64,000 bases of DNA from the NCBI GenBank assembly GCA_003427395.1, contig BFEA01000018.1, positions 1,584,098 to 1,648,097 of the forward strand, read 5' to 3'. Shown here one piece after another: positions 1 through 12,811 of the stretch. The position numbers were made by a program, and so were the translations under genes. Source of the stretch: Chara braunii (taxonomy: Eukaryota; Plantae; Charophyceae). Below the pieces are notes generated by a model that had not been told where the DNA came from, searched no databases, and saw only the letters and a program-made list of their open reading frames with translations. The stretch's first letter is position 1. Every line of letters begins with the position of its first letter.

Positions 1-1563
1 GTTTTTCTTCTCTTCCAAGAGAAGTCAACTGATTCGCCCAGCACAGTGCACAATTCAAACGTTCTTCTTTTCTTACACACCATCCAATGGTCTGCTCAGG
101 GCATACTCACGCCAGGACTTTCGAACGTGATTGCAGTTATACGCATCCAGGGCTTGCCGGAATTGCGGCCAGACATATTTAGGAAAGTGCTAGTGTGAGT
201 GTCGCTTCAGGTGTTGGCCCTTCAGCTTTCATTGTGTGCTGGAGCGGATCCCAGACTCACCTGTTCAAGCAGATTGCCAAAAAAAACTGCATGTACTCAA
301 GTTCCGCTTGAGCTCCTCCTCAACTCAGTCGCTAAACTTCTGGAGCCCAACTGAATGTGCTCAAGCTCAGTGTCAACCTGCGAAGCTCAAGGCCTTCCCA
401 AACTAAATGTGCTTAACTTAATTCCAATCGCGCGACCAACCCCCGTCTCGACCAGCTCCTATCCCCACCAACCTCCATCCCGACCAAAGCACATCTCAAC
501 CTGCACGGGAACGAGCCGAACTCTCGTCTTCAAGTTGGCCGGGAGAATATATACAGATAGATAGAGAGATAGAAAGATAGAGAGAGATAGATAGAGAGAT
601 AGATACCGGGCACTTCTCTATGGCGACATATATGCGATTATATATTGTCACAAAGGTATCAGAGCGCATGTATATATATATATATGTATATAGTTACAGA
701 GGAGCTGCCCGGTGAACAGTAGAGAAAGAGAAGGGGGGACTGTGAGATATCGTTTCGTCGAGGGGGCTGTGACAGATTGTTTCGTCGGAGTTTCACCGAC
801 TCATCAGGAGGCTGAACCCTCTACAGTCTCCAGAGTCCCCTAACCCATGACACTGTTCTGTTAAGTGATAATCAACCTGAACCCCAAATGCGGTTTGGCA
901 CCAACCACTGCCCCAGCACAACTGATACCCTCCAGAGGTGGGCACCAACCACTGCCGTCGAGGGTCTTACCTGCGACGATACTACAAAGCAGGGTATCGC
1001 CTCACCCACACCAGACGGAAGACTGTATCAGACTACTATAGGTACCCACCCAATCAGCCAGTCAGAAAATCCCGAACGAAACAAAGGGCCTCGCTCCACT
1101 ACTCACAACATATGCAAGTTGAGAATGAATCCTCCCCAAGGACATGGGAAGATACACGTCATATTTTGTATTTTTGTGCATATGGTGAACAGTGGAGCGA
1201 GGCCCAAGGAACGGTCTCTGCCACAGAGAATACGCTCCTCCACACACACCGCTGGCACTAGAGGCTAAACACATTATAGATATATATTATCGTCAAACAG
1301 AACTGCCCCGTAAACCGTCGCCAGAGAGGGAGAAGAGGACAACAAACGAGGGGCTATATATAGCTGCACTTCCAACTGCATTGTGAGTCTCGGCTTCTTG
1401 TTGAGGGCAGCAAACTCAGCACACGCTCCCAAGTGGCACGAGGACTCGATCCCACGAGCATACCGCGCGCAAATTTTTCGACTCGCGATTTTTTTCGCGC
1501 GCAAATTTTTGACGCATTTTGGACTCTCAAGTTCTTTTCCCGATCCGCGCGCAAATTTGAACT

Positions 1564-1664
1564 GGGGCTAGGTCCCACTTGCACGAATTAAGAGATACTA
1601 ACCGTAGATCGCAAAAGATCAACGGCCGAGATCTCCTAATTTGCGCAAGTGGGACCTTGCCCCC
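1564..1664. repeat. ~100 bp near-palindrome (hairpin / MITE-like)
   Basis: ggggctaggtcccacttgcacgaatta...taatttgcgcaagtgggaccttgcccc; the inner arms ccgtagatc/gatcaacgg also pair. Confidence 0.75.
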
Positions 1665-2152
1665 GATCTGTGAACTCGATTTTCCCTAGAGGAGGCCAGT
1701 TCGATCGAGCTGGATGCTCTCAGGGCATACTCACACGACAGCACTTTCTTCGACGCAATGTATCGACTGCAGTCACGGCTTTCAAAGCAGGATGCATCTG
1801 ACCGTAATTGCGTTCACGGCTCGCTCGAAAACGTCATTGGTGTAAACATGCTCTCAAGAGGGGAGCACGACTGTCACATGCCTTCACGCTAAGCCAACGC
1901 CCCCTTGTGAGACTTAGACGAAGGCCAAGGAAGGCCGTACTGGCACTCGGGACTTTTCGGGGACGGAACTCGACCGTAAGTAGGACCAAATACATTACAG
2001 AACGTCGCCGTGTAAGGATGTTCAGGATGTCGTAAAAGTCGTCGCGTCAAGTGTGAAACCACCTTAGCCGTTTTTTTTTCCATGGCGCAGAACAGCAACT
2101 TCGGCCATGTTAACAAGGGTACAAAAAAATAGACCCTGCTCTCACCAATGAA

Positions 2153-2247
2153 GGGATCGAGTGATCGAAGATTCCTGACCGATCGAGGGATCGAAGATTC
2201 CTGACCAATCGAGGGATCGAAGATTTCGACCGATCGAGGGATCGAGG
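2153..2247. repeat. ~26 bp tandem repeat (gatcgagggatcgaagattcctgacc)
   Basis: 3-4 adjacent copies are visible. Confidence 0.8.
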
Positions 2248-2261
2248 ACCACCTTCCGTCC

Positions 2262-2670
2262 CTTCTTTTGCTCTGTAATCAGATCCAAATTGCAGTGCAA
2301 TGCTGCAGTCAGCTGCAAATTGCATTCCTACCCCTCACTCGAGTCGTCTCTTTTCGCTCCGTTTCCGGTCCCGTTCCTCCCTTCGGGTCGATTGATCTTC
2401 TTTTGCTCTGTAATCAGATCCAAATTGCAGTGCAGTGCTGCAGTCAGCTGCAAATTGCATTCCTACCCCTCACTCGAGTCGTCTCTTTTCGCTCCATTTC
2501 CGGTCCCGTTCCTCCCTTCGGGTCGATTGATCTTCTTTTGCTCTGTAATCAGATCCAAATTGCAGTGCAGTGCTGCAGTCCGCTGCAAATTGCATTCCTA
2601 CCCCTCACTCGAGTCGTCTCTTTTCGCTCCATTTCCGGTCCCGTTCCTCCCTTCGGGTCGATTAATCTTC
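2262..2670. repeat. 135 bp tandem repeat, 3 near-identical copies plus a decayed fourth near 2810
   Basis: ttttgctctgtaatcagatcc starts at 2266, 2401 and 2536. Confidence 0.95.
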
Positions 2671-3712
2671 ATTATTGGAGTATTCTTCAGTTGAGTATAG
2701 ATAGTGCTTCCAGTGCAGTCTTCCATTTAGGACACGTGGCTGTCTCCATTTCCTGCGCCTTTCCTCCCTTCTGGTCGTTAAGCTCCATTGTCGGAGTATG
2801 CAGAGTATTCAACTGCAAACTGCATTCCTACCCCTCACTCGATAAGTCCTCCCTTTCAGTCGATTCTTCCGTTCAGTATACGCGTGACTCTCTCCATTCC
2901 CGGCGCCATTCCTCCCTCCGGGTCGATAAGCTTCATTGCGTATGCAGAGAGTCTTCAACTGACACCTCTTCCATCGAGTCTACCATCAAGTATACAGCCG
3001 GCCATTAGACCTAAGCCTTCTCCGTTCGCACTTCAGGACACACCCAACGATTTCGATAGCGACCACCACTTCACATGGGATAAAATTTGCGCAACGCCAA
3101 TGACAGATCCCGATTAAGATTTCCACAGATCTCCACAGGCCTCCACAGATCCCGATGCCGACAGGATTCGAAGAGAAACGACCCACTTCACATGTGACAA
3201 CAATGCACGACGCCAACGACAGATCCCGACTAAGATTTCCACAGATCTCCACAGACCTCGATCCCAGTAGGACTCGGAGAGACGGTGGGCACAGACATTG
3301 TTGTTGGCCACCGCCGGTATTGCCCTCGAGTATCTGAGAGGTGGGAGCATTCGTGTGACAGTATGAGAGGGGGGGAGGAAGTGCCATTCACGATAATTCC
3401 TCAACTGGACACCGTGGGAGGCGCTACAAATATCTGCAGAAGTGATAAGCTTGGTCCAGCAGCTGATAAGGATACGCACTGGAATAGTTCCGACAGCCGG
3501 AAGGTCCCGATACCGCCCGTGTTAGTCATGCTCTCGAAATCCCGCGATCTTCCGCCCGCTGGCTGATCCTTACCACGGCAAAGAGCCGCGCGATCTTCCG
3601 CCCGCTGCTGGCTGGTTGCGACGCTTCCGCGCGCGAGCGCTCAAGCACACTTGAGCTTCAATCTCTTATGGACACATTGGGGAGGGGACATAAAATCCAA
3701 CGAGCAAGCGAA

Positions 3713-3756
3713 ACAGAGAGAGAGAAAGAGAGGAACAGAGGAGAAGAACGAAGAGA

Positions 3757-3829
<73 letters not shown>
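3713..3829. repeat. (GA)n microsatellite
   Basis: Read directly from the sequence. Confidence 0.95.
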
Positions 3830-3832
<3 letters not shown>

Positions 3833-4136
3833 CTGCATATCGATCTCTCAACCCAAGAGAAGCACTGAGCGTTTCCCGACCAGAATTGCCTAAAAAAATG
3901 AACACTTTTATTATTCAATCAGAATCAACCCCGATTAATTACGACCATTAAAAGCACAAATCCCTCATTTCATTCTCGATCTATAACTCAATCAACTATC
4001 TAAGACATCACTCCAGCCGTTAAAAACACACCAACAACAACAACAATCATTCGTCCTCACCACCTGTCAATCTCTCAATTCAGGCGTTTGTCAAGCACAC
4101 CCTCCAAATCATACGACCAATTCAACGAGAGGAAAC

Positions 4137-4198
4137 CAATCAATCAATCAATCAGTCAATCAATCAATCAATCAGTCAATCAATCAATCAATCAATCA
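4137..4198. repeat. (TCAA)n microsatellite
   Basis: Read directly from the sequence. Confidence 0.95.
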
Positions 4199-4531
4199 GC
4201 GCCTCACGACTGCTCGGGAGCTGCTCTCGAAATCTTCGAGGCCGTCGTACAACTTAACAAACGCTCTCAGTTAGAGACACAGAGAGATATACTGTTCTTT
4301 CTGTAAGTCGAGCCCTCGGTCCCATCCAGCCACACAAACTGTCAAGAGCTCATCGCACTCGTTCATCGAAATTACTGACTTGGTGAAAAACGAAAACAAA
4401 TAATCAAATGCAAATCCTCAGAAAATCATTGCGGAACAAACTGCCAATTGATCTTCACAACAGGTTTCTCGACGCAAAACCCTCTCGCGGAAAATCCTCC
4501 TCCTAATAATTCGCTGGGAGGGTATAGGTAA

Positions 4532-4595
4532 ACTTCTTCTTCTTCTTCTCCTTCTTCTTCTTCTTCTCCTTCTTCTTCTTCTTCTTCTTCTTCTT
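4532..4595. repeat. (CTT)n microsatellite
   Basis: Read directly; a second copy of the local block lies at ~4680-4780. Confidence 0.9.
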
Positions 4596-6427
4596 TCACC
4601 CGTCACACATCCTCCTCGGAACCACATATAGCCACCGTTTGCCACAGTTTGCCACAGTTTGCCGCCGGGAGGGTCTAGGTAACCTTCTTCTTCTTCTTCT
4701 TCTTCTTTCCGTTTGCCACCGTTTGCCACCGTTTCCCCCCTCACACATCCTCCTCGAAACCACACATAGCCACCGTTTGCCGTCGTTTTCTCAAGAAAAC
4801 GCGCGCATACTCAAGCAACTCCTTTCCTGACAAATCCGAATTATTGGAAAATCTCGAACTGGAAGTCGTCAAAATGGCCTTGCTTCAGTTGAGGTAGAAA
4901 CATCCCAGTCTATGAAGTCTATTTCATGCCACGTCATGAGTATATATATATATATATAAGCCTGCATATATAAGCCCGTTTCTCCCCGCTTCTTATTGCG
5001 AAATAATCTCTCTCAAAGCGTCTCCCAATCACGACTTCGGCCCCCTCTAGGAATCCAGCCAGGTTCACCCGCCCGCCCGTCCGCCCCTTCCCTCCCCCCT
5101 CCCCCCCTCCGGCCCCAAAAAAAGGCGCCAGAGGGCACATTGTATTGTACTCTGCCAATTTTAATCATCATCCACCAGCCAGTGAGAGAAAAAAAAAAAG
5201 AGAGGTCGATAACAGGAGAGGAGCGCAGCCGCTCCAATCCCCCTTGCTCTCGATAAGCTTAGCCGGAAAATCTACATCCGCAGGGTGAGGACGAACAAAC
5301 CTACTGCTCACTACGATCGTGCAAGCGGGTAGTGAAAATCCGAAGAAGACTAGTTAAGAGAGTCAAACATCAAAGGCAAAACAAGTCACGAGGGTCAAAG
5401 CCGCCGGGGGTCCCGCCAGCTCAGACCCCTTCACCACCTCCCCCCCTCCCCCCCCCTCCATACGATACGACTGGCCATGCTCTCAAAAGGGGGACTATAT
5501 GCCCTCCCCCTGCTCTTGCGAAAGGGCACGCTTGCTGCTGAGGGGCTGCATCGCAAATCCAACTACAAATAGGGGTCAAAGATGCAAAAATCGCAATTTC
5601 CGTCCCAAGGGACGGGAGAAGAATCTCTATCCCGACAGTAGGAATTAAGGTCACAAATCCTCCTCCGTTAATCGCACCCCGTTCAGCAAGAGGAGGTCGG
5701 GACTTCAACAAAAACACCCTGTTAAAAACCGCCAGATATGCTCCGTTTAGTACGACCATGTAGCAAGGCCAGCACCTCCGGATTGCCACCACCACTATGT
5801 CCCCCCTTTCCCTCTCGACAAACCTGCAATCCACCAACCACACTGAAGAGCGAGCGTCAAGGTAATATCACTCAAACTGACTACCATCTTCACCCCAATA
5901 GAGCACCCGGCCATTATCGCTGCATCTCTTCTTAGACTAAGAGTTGCCCCAAATACAGCTATAAAGACCGGGCGTTTGATTCGGTTGACGACGGGTAGGA
6001 ACCTTTCTGGCACATCCCCACTCACCGTACTCAGCATTGGAAGCTCAATCGAACAGTGCCAAGTTTGAGAACGCCCTAACTACTCAGCATTTAAAACCAC
6101 CGTAATCCCGCAGACACAGGCGATTGCAGCAGAGCATGGGCACAGCCATCGTCATGATCATCCGCTGACGGCAGCACCTGACAAACAACGAAAACGGCAA
6201 CGAAGACGACAAAGACGACAAAAAGAAGATGGCGATGGCGATGGCGATGGCGATGGCGATGGCGATGACAGCGACGGCGATGGCGATGAAGACGAGGAGT
6301 TGATGAAGAGACCAGGGCCGCTGTGGCCCTTTGCACGACAGGGACGGCGATGACGATGGCGATGGCGACGGCGATAACAGCGAAGCATGTACTCAACAAT
6401 GCAACGAGTTCTCTCTCCTCCTCCCTT

Positions 6428-7678
6428 TCAAACGACGGCTCCACGAACGAGGGCAACTAAGATGCCCAGCAGTATCACGAGGAGCGCAAGGAAGATGTAC
6501 AGCATTTGCGGACGTGAGAGAATACCCCCTCCCTCTCTCCTGATTTCCGTACAGCGGGCTATGGAGTCTGCCGAGACGGAGAGAACCACACTGGAATCTG
6601 CAGAGAACTCCATCGCGGTCACAAACACCATATGCGCCTTTCGGTCCCGCCATCTGACAGCTAAGCTCTCCGCATCCACGACGATCAGCTCCCCTTCGCA
6701 AGATCCTCCTGCTAACCACGCCCCATTCCCGCTGACGCAGAAAGCCGACAAGGGGTCCTGACACACCTTCCGACTTTTGACAATCTCCCAAGTCTTCGTG
6801 CTCCAGGCGACCACGTGTCCCTCCGCTGCTCCCGCGCTCACGAGCGTCGTGTACAGCAGCGAACCCTTCCCTCCTCCCCCTCCTCCCTCCTCCCCGCACC
6901 TCCTGGCAAATCGGCAATAGCCAATTCTAGACCGGTTGTTCTTCGACCCCGCGCGGGCAGAAGACGAGGCGACGGCGGGAGGGGAGAGAGAAGCAACCAC
7001 CTTTTTCTTGCTGACGGACCACACACGGCAAGGACCACCCTCCTGTGCCATGGCGACCAACGACCCGTCGGGACTGAAGTCCAGGTCCTTGATTGGCAGC
7101 CCAACCTCGGGATCGTCGGTGCTGGAAGAAGGGGAGGGGGGGGAGGAGCAAGAGTCCAGCAGAAGATCCATAGCCGGCCAACTGAAAACCAGAAGCCGAC
7201 CATCGGTTCCACCTAGGGCTAAGCAGCTGCCATCACCGCTGAAAACCATCGCTTTCTGCTCCGAAAGCTCGGCCCTCAGTGCCGCCGGCGTCTCCATCGC
7301 CGAGAAAACCATGGATCCATTCCGCCGATACCGAATACCGAAGGCGCTAAAACCGGTGGTCGTAGCGACGAGCAAGACCTGACCCTGAGGATGAACGACC
7401 AGACGCAAGGGAGGATCTTCACCTGTGGAAATCCACTGAATTTCTTGAGATAGAAAATGCGACTGGACATCGTAGTGCGCTACGACCAGTCCGTTCCGCA
7501 CCCCGTGTTTCGCGCTCCCTCCCCCGCCGCCGAAGATGGCGTGTCCGGAAAGAGCGACAGCTGTCCTGCTCTGTCGCTCTGGTAAGGCCGACGCGCCCTT
7601 CTTCCCGCCCAGCCACGAGGCACAATAAAGAGGAACATCATATTTGCGAGAGCAGTTATCGCGGGGAGCACGCCCCAT
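6428..7678 (-). CDS. SEC12: SEC12-like / PREB WD40 guanine-nucleotide exchange factor for Sar1, 416 aa, single coding exon
   Basis: ATG at 7678. N-terminal YDVPLY, K-loop GGGGGSAKHGVRN, WD40 blades (FSGDGSCLALGGTDG, DLDFSPDG, AHMVFVTAMEFS...SVSADS) and a C-terminal transmembrane helix (LYIFLALLVILLGILVALV). A 5'UTR intron at 7857-8403 is possible (inferred). Confidence 0.9.
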   Translation of the reverse strand: MGRAPRDNCSRKYDVPLYCASWLGGKKGASALPERQSRTAVALSGHAIFGGGGGSAKHGVRNGLVVAHYDVQSHFLSQEIQWISTGEDPPLRLVVHPQGQVLLVATTTGFSAFGIRYRRNGSMVFSAMETPAALRAELSEQKAMVFSGDGSCLALGGTDGRLLVFSWPAMDLLLDSCSSPPSPSSSTDDPEVGLPIKDLDFSPDGSLVAMAQEGGPCRVWSVSKKKVVASLSPPAVASSSARAGSKNNRSRIGYCRFARRCGEEGGGGGGKGSLLYTTLVSAGAAEGHVVAWSTKTWEIVKSRKVCQDPLSAFCVSGNGAWLAGGSCEGELIVVDAESLAVRWRDRKAHMVFVTAMEFSADSSVVLSVSADSIARCTEIRREGGGILSRPQMLYIFLALLVILLGILVALVRGAVV

Positions 7679-8160
7679 TTGCAAGTGAGTGCTCGATCAC
7701 TCGCCGGCCGCCCCAAACTTGTAGCGACAGCGACGTCGAAAGCGATGACAAGACGAGAGACAGCCGGCTTAAAGCAGCTAAGAGAAGCAATAAAATACGT
7801 CTAAACCCCGAGAAGAGAAGAAGGGAAGACAAAACAGAGAAAGAGAGATGTGCGCACTGAAGGACGGGTGAGTGGTCACGATAGACCTTCCGCGCCAAAC
7901 CCGGAGAAGAAAGGCTTAGGCCGGAAAATACGGCAGGAATCAGTACATGAAAGTATGTCTGTGAATGTGCATGTGTGTGAGTGTGGGTGTGGGGTTGTGT
8001 GTGAGAGAGAGACAGAGAAAGACAGGCGCGAGGAAGGGGACCGGCAAAATCGATGGCAAGGTACCAGCAGGCAGGAGGTAGCTGGAATTAAGAGAAGACA
8101 AAGTAATTGGGAAGGAACGGGAGGGGTGAGGAGGGTTGGGGGGGGAGGGGGNGGGAGGGG

Positions 8161-8198
<38 letters not shown>

Positions 8199-8542
8199 AG
8201 AAAAGAGGGATCGGAGAAGAAAAAAGAGAGGCAGGAAACGCGAGAATGAAGATGAGCAGAATGGACTCCTATGGGTGGTCGGCTAATAGAGATACAAGTA
8301 CACTCGTCAATTATTAGCTTCAGGTAAGAGTGAGACCGTAACCCCGAAAAATGAGAAAATGTTATAAAATAAAACTGAAAACTGCGAGCTAGCGTGCGCG
8401 TACCTTTTTGCGCCGTCGCTTGTTGTTCTAGAGAGCTTGCACGTGATTGATTCAATCTCCTGAACGAGAAGTCAACGGCGAGAAGGAGAAGGCACAGAGA
8501 GAGACAAACAGGCACGGCGGGAACAAAGAAAGAGAAAAAAAG

Positions 8543-8547
<5 letters not shown>

Positions 8548-8616
<69 letters not shown>
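8548..8616. repeat. (GA)n microsatellite upstream of SEC12
   Basis: Read directly; another lies at 8163-8195. Confidence 0.95.
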
Positions 8617-8618
<2 letters not shown>

Positions 8619-10729
8619 GTTGATTGTACAGGTAGGCGGAACGCGGCCAACAGAAGGAAGAAAGCCGAGGACGAAAAAGGCAGCAGAGGGAAAGGAGGGG
8701 AGGGAAGGGAAGGGTGAGGAACCGGTTCGCGATCCGACAAGTGGAACCCTAATTTCGTTCTTCCATTGCTAATTTCAGTTGATTTCAATTGCCGATTTCC
8801 ATTTGGCAATTCGATTGTAATTCCGATTTCAACTTCGACTTCAATTCCAAGGAGGGAGTAGTGACGGGGAAACAGCGGGGAAAACACGTGCGGCTACCAG
8901 GAGCGCAGTGGATACGAAAGCTGAACAGAAAAGAATGTCCCCTGGTATTACGGGATTGTGAAAATTGACACCCCACTACGGTAGGGTTGATGTTCTCTTG
9001 ACCCCACCCTTCCGCCACGCCCGGCATCAATTCAACCGGTACGGAAGGCTGCTATTCCCTCCACGCCCTCCACATCCTCCACATCGTCACACCACACGTC
9101 CAATAGCCATCCCAGCAATCCAGGCGTATGAGAACTCGGACCATTGGGACTGTATCTGATTTGAATAGTCCAATAGCCACATCGACTGGGCGGAGTAGTC
9201 CCCATGTGAAACTGCTCTCACGTCCGCGGGTAAGTTCCTGCGGTAGCGGATCTTCCGTTAGTTGACATACAATCCCGTGGCTGGAGGAACGAGGCCCCCG
9301 GTTGTGATCGTCGACGGCTCAATCCTCTTCGGGACACGAGTACCAACGAAAACTTTCATGCATGTAAGAGGTCGGTTGGCACGTTTCGCCGAGGGCTAAT
9401 GTAGCCTCAACATCCAGAATGTAACTTGGAACTGACTGAAAAGGCCCCATAGCTTTATAAAAAAAAAAAAAGGCCCCACGAAAAAAAAAAAGGCCCCACA
9501 AGGGCCTCGCCACACCACTCTCTCCAGAAATTTTCCCGAAAAAAAAAAACAAATTCTCTCCAGACAGATATGTCTGAAAAAGACAAAAGTGTGGGGGGTG
9601 CATCCTGGCCATCTTCAAGGGGGAAGTTCATTATCATTTTGCACTTCGCCTAAACTGCGTTCTCCACCCAGCTTCAGGCCTATCGCGACGCTTGTGCACC
9701 TGCCCGAGCCCCACTTCAGCTGGGCGGCTGTGGCGGCAACCTGCCCACCCGTAGCTGTCCAGGAGAATCCGCTGGTGCTGGAAAAATGCCAGCGTACAGG
9801 AACACACGGGCTGGCAGGTGGTAGCCCCCATCTTTTCATGTTTTCACTCTCTACCTGGGCAGAAGAATTGTCCATTTGAGATCATACCGTCCAATTGGCG
9901 ATACTTTCTTCTTCAGCCCGGTGCTGTCTCTCCAGGCAGGAATGCAACTTGGTTAACCTCGAAATAGCGGCCACTTGATGTGGTCTTCTTGTGAAGGCAA
10001 GCTGTACCGAGAGATCAGAGGTGGGGAGACACTGTACTCCGATCGACTATACCGAACTAGGGCGCTCGTGTCTTCATCCCATTTTCGCAGATGAAAAAAA
10101 CCATCAGCGCTGCGACACTACGATAGGTTGACGAAAGAGATATAGAGATCTTCTGCCCGGCGGGTGTTCGCCAGGTAGAATTGACGAGGATCAGTCTCGA
10201 GTCGATGGCATCTTGTCAATGTTCTCAGAGTAGATAGACTAGGCGGGGCTCCGGTATGGGGGACAGGACACTCATCCGCTCGTTACTCACGAGTGGGAAC
10301 ACCACTTGCGCGATGGTGCGAGCGTTACCTGTCGAACGAAAGCACGGACGGCCGTTGGCCGGCAGCGTTGCCGGTGTAGGTGTCAACAAGAAAAGCGTAC
10401 CGCTAATTAGGGTTAGCGCAGCTGGAAATTCGAATTAGCGCTACAACTTAGCGGAGCTACGAACTAGCGCTAATCCTACCGCCGCCACTTGTCCCCCTCT
10501 CCAAGTTCCGCAGCTACAACTTTGCGGAGCTCGTATCCCAACGCTCGTAATGAATGGTACAGTGGTTTTCAGGGAGCCAATTGAACGGTATAATCTCTGA
10601 ACCCTTGCTCTCGTATCCCACCACTCGGACCTTCCTGCTTCTGCTTCTCTCTCTAGTGCCCCCCCTACGGAGCCATGGATGACGGTACTGCAACAGACCC
10701 TCCGGTGCATCCCCCCCTGGACCCGGCCT

Positions 10730-11990
10730 TCAGGGAGCGAGTCCGGGACATGCTGGAGGCCTGTTACCTAGACGGCCGACTGCCAGACAATGGCCCTTAT
10801 CACTCGCGTCTAAGAGTTGATCCGCAAATCAAGATGATCTAGGACGAATGGTTGAAGGAACGAGCAGTACTGTTGGTTTTTTAAAACGAATCTGGGGTGC
10901 TTTCGCTCCCGGTTAAAAAACAGATGGTGAGGGTTTATGAGGCGACCTGGGTTAGAGCAGGATTACTGCCAGACGATTACAAAAAGGGTTGCTTCATCCA
11001 CGAAGGCAGAAACTTGGCAACCTATATTACAGTTTCCAAGCAGCATACCGACTGGATGAAAAGTGTAGGATACGACAAAATCGATTTTGAGAACGAGACT
11101 TACCGGGTCGATTTCCGTTCCTACCTTCCGCCAAATGAAATGGAGCAACTCAAGGAAACGATGAAATATATATTTTTTTGGATTCGTTGTCAAAACGTTC
11201 CAATCATGCCTATCTTTCACCTCCGATTTCATATTGAGAATTCTATAGGTAAGATTCTCAAAATGCATTACTATCAACCTGACAAAGATGAACCCTCGAT
11301 CTCGAATGTCCGATTCGATCTAGAATCCTCTGATCGATTCTCGTTTCATCCCCCCCTCACAATTGAGTTGTCGGAGCAGGAAACAGTCGTGGTGGACGTG
11401 GTTAACGCATTCACTCCATACTGTTCCCATTGCCGCTGGTGGTTTCACACGGATGAGGAATGTAGGAATCGGGCCAGAAATCGGGAGCACGTAGGAAATG
11501 AAGGCCAACTGCTGGATCGCCGTTGGCGTCAGCCGCGAAAAAAAATGGTTGCAAGTCGTAGGAGTGAGGATTTCTACTCCTTCCCCCCGAGCCCGTCCTA
11601 CACCACCTACTTCAACAACAAGTTGTACGATGTCGTCCCTCACCCGAGCCAGGCCTGGCGCCCAACGGGCAGAGCCAGGATCCCATCAGGTGTGGACGAG
11701 CAGGTGGAAAAGGCTACACCGGAAGCACTCGTGAAAATGCGCAGATCCCAGAGGGAGGATCTCATCGAGATTGATTTCGCCCGGGAGGAAAAACCACAAA
11801 ATGAGCCCACTAACAATAATGTGGACCTGAATGAGGACGCGATGGATGTGGTGACCATAGATGATAATAATCCTCTCACACTTACCGTAGTTGGAGATCA
11901 AGATCGCTCAGCCTCTCTCAAGGGAGGCAAACAAAAAAGTCCTTCAAACGAGCTCGCAGGCTTGAGGCTGAGGAAGAGTCTGATACACGT
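10730..11990 (+). pseudogene. LINE ORF1, 5' part
   Basis: FWIRCQNVP...IGKILKM and the CX2CX4HX4C motif CSHCRWWFHTDEEC; upstream in-frame remnant DEWLKERAVLLVF; cut by LTR C at 11991. Confidence 0.8.
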
Positions 11991-12424
11991 TATCGGAGCA
12001 GAAACCCTTACAAGGGTATCTGCTCAGGTTTTTCAATGTCGGACGTTGTCCGACTTTTTCGTTAAATTAAGGGACTTGACGAGATTGACGTCTGCCAAAA
12101 GTTTATTCAGACCCGACCTATGACTGAGAGACTAAAAGTTTTCGAGTTTTAGTTCAGACGTCTGTGACGTCCAAGATTAGCAACAATAACTGGAAGTGTT
12201 TCGCTTTGTTGAGACCGCAGAGGCACGCGGACGAGGGAACGCTAAGGCTAGACCTATTCTACCTAAAATAACAGTCGCGCGATTCAGGGCCTAAGTAGGT
12301 TGAAAAGGGGTCGCCGCAACGGAAGTTAGAGCCGCGGCACGAAGGGAATAGGAAGTCTTATTTTTGTTGGGTCCGCGGGGGTTTCGCGCCGAGGTCCAGA
12401 GGGAATGGCGTTATGGCCCGCTGA

Positions 12425-12640
12425 GTAGGGCAGTTGTTAAGGCCATGGGCCGCTAACCTGGTCAGCCAACCACGGTAACAGGCAAAGCCTGCTAAGCACT
12501 GGAGGGCGGACTCCTGCGCATAGCAGCCCTTCATATAGAAGGGTTTCTCCTCTCTCAACGTGAGAAAGGAGCTCGCCCAGTAGGTACTACCATCAAACTG
12601 TCACCCCACAGACTCAGGGATCGAGCCTCGACGACGACAC
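12425..12640 (+). pseudogene. Degenerate tRNA-like modules (Ser-GCT-like ~12425-12495; Asp-GTC-like ~12571-12640)
   Basis: agttgttaaggccatgggccgctaacc; ctgtcac anticodon loop followed by agactcagggatcgagcctcgacgacgac. Confidence 0.4.
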
Positions 12641-12751
12641 CGTTGGGCTAGCTCCTTTTTTGGAGCAGCCCATTGCAAAACAATCGAGCGCGGCCGATTT
12701 CGGCCGCGCGATCACGAGATCATGCGGCAGAAATCCGTCGCGCGGATCTGT

Positions 12752-12811
12752 ATGGCCCTTGTGCAAAGATAACACGCATAAATCGAGAGATGGCCCAATT
12801 TTTTTTTTTTT
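12752..12811 (+). pseudogene. U6 snRNA 3' half embedded in LTR C
   Basis: atggcccttgtgcaaagataacacgcataaatcgagagatggcccaattttt vs plant U6 ATGGCCCCTGCGCAAGGATGACACGCATAAATCGAGAAATGGTCCAAATTTTT. Confidence 0.9.

Noticed and set aside
2268-3008. 246-aa ORF with 45-aa repeats
   Set aside because: Product of the 135 bp tandem repeat (a multiple of 3); non-ATG start and no domain.
3641-3918. Multiple SL/ER-repeat ORFs, also at 7940-8887 and 46273-46854
   Set aside because: Translations of GA/CT microsatellites.
9589-9950. Short ORFs upstream of the LINE
   Set aside because: No recognisable domain or splice structure.
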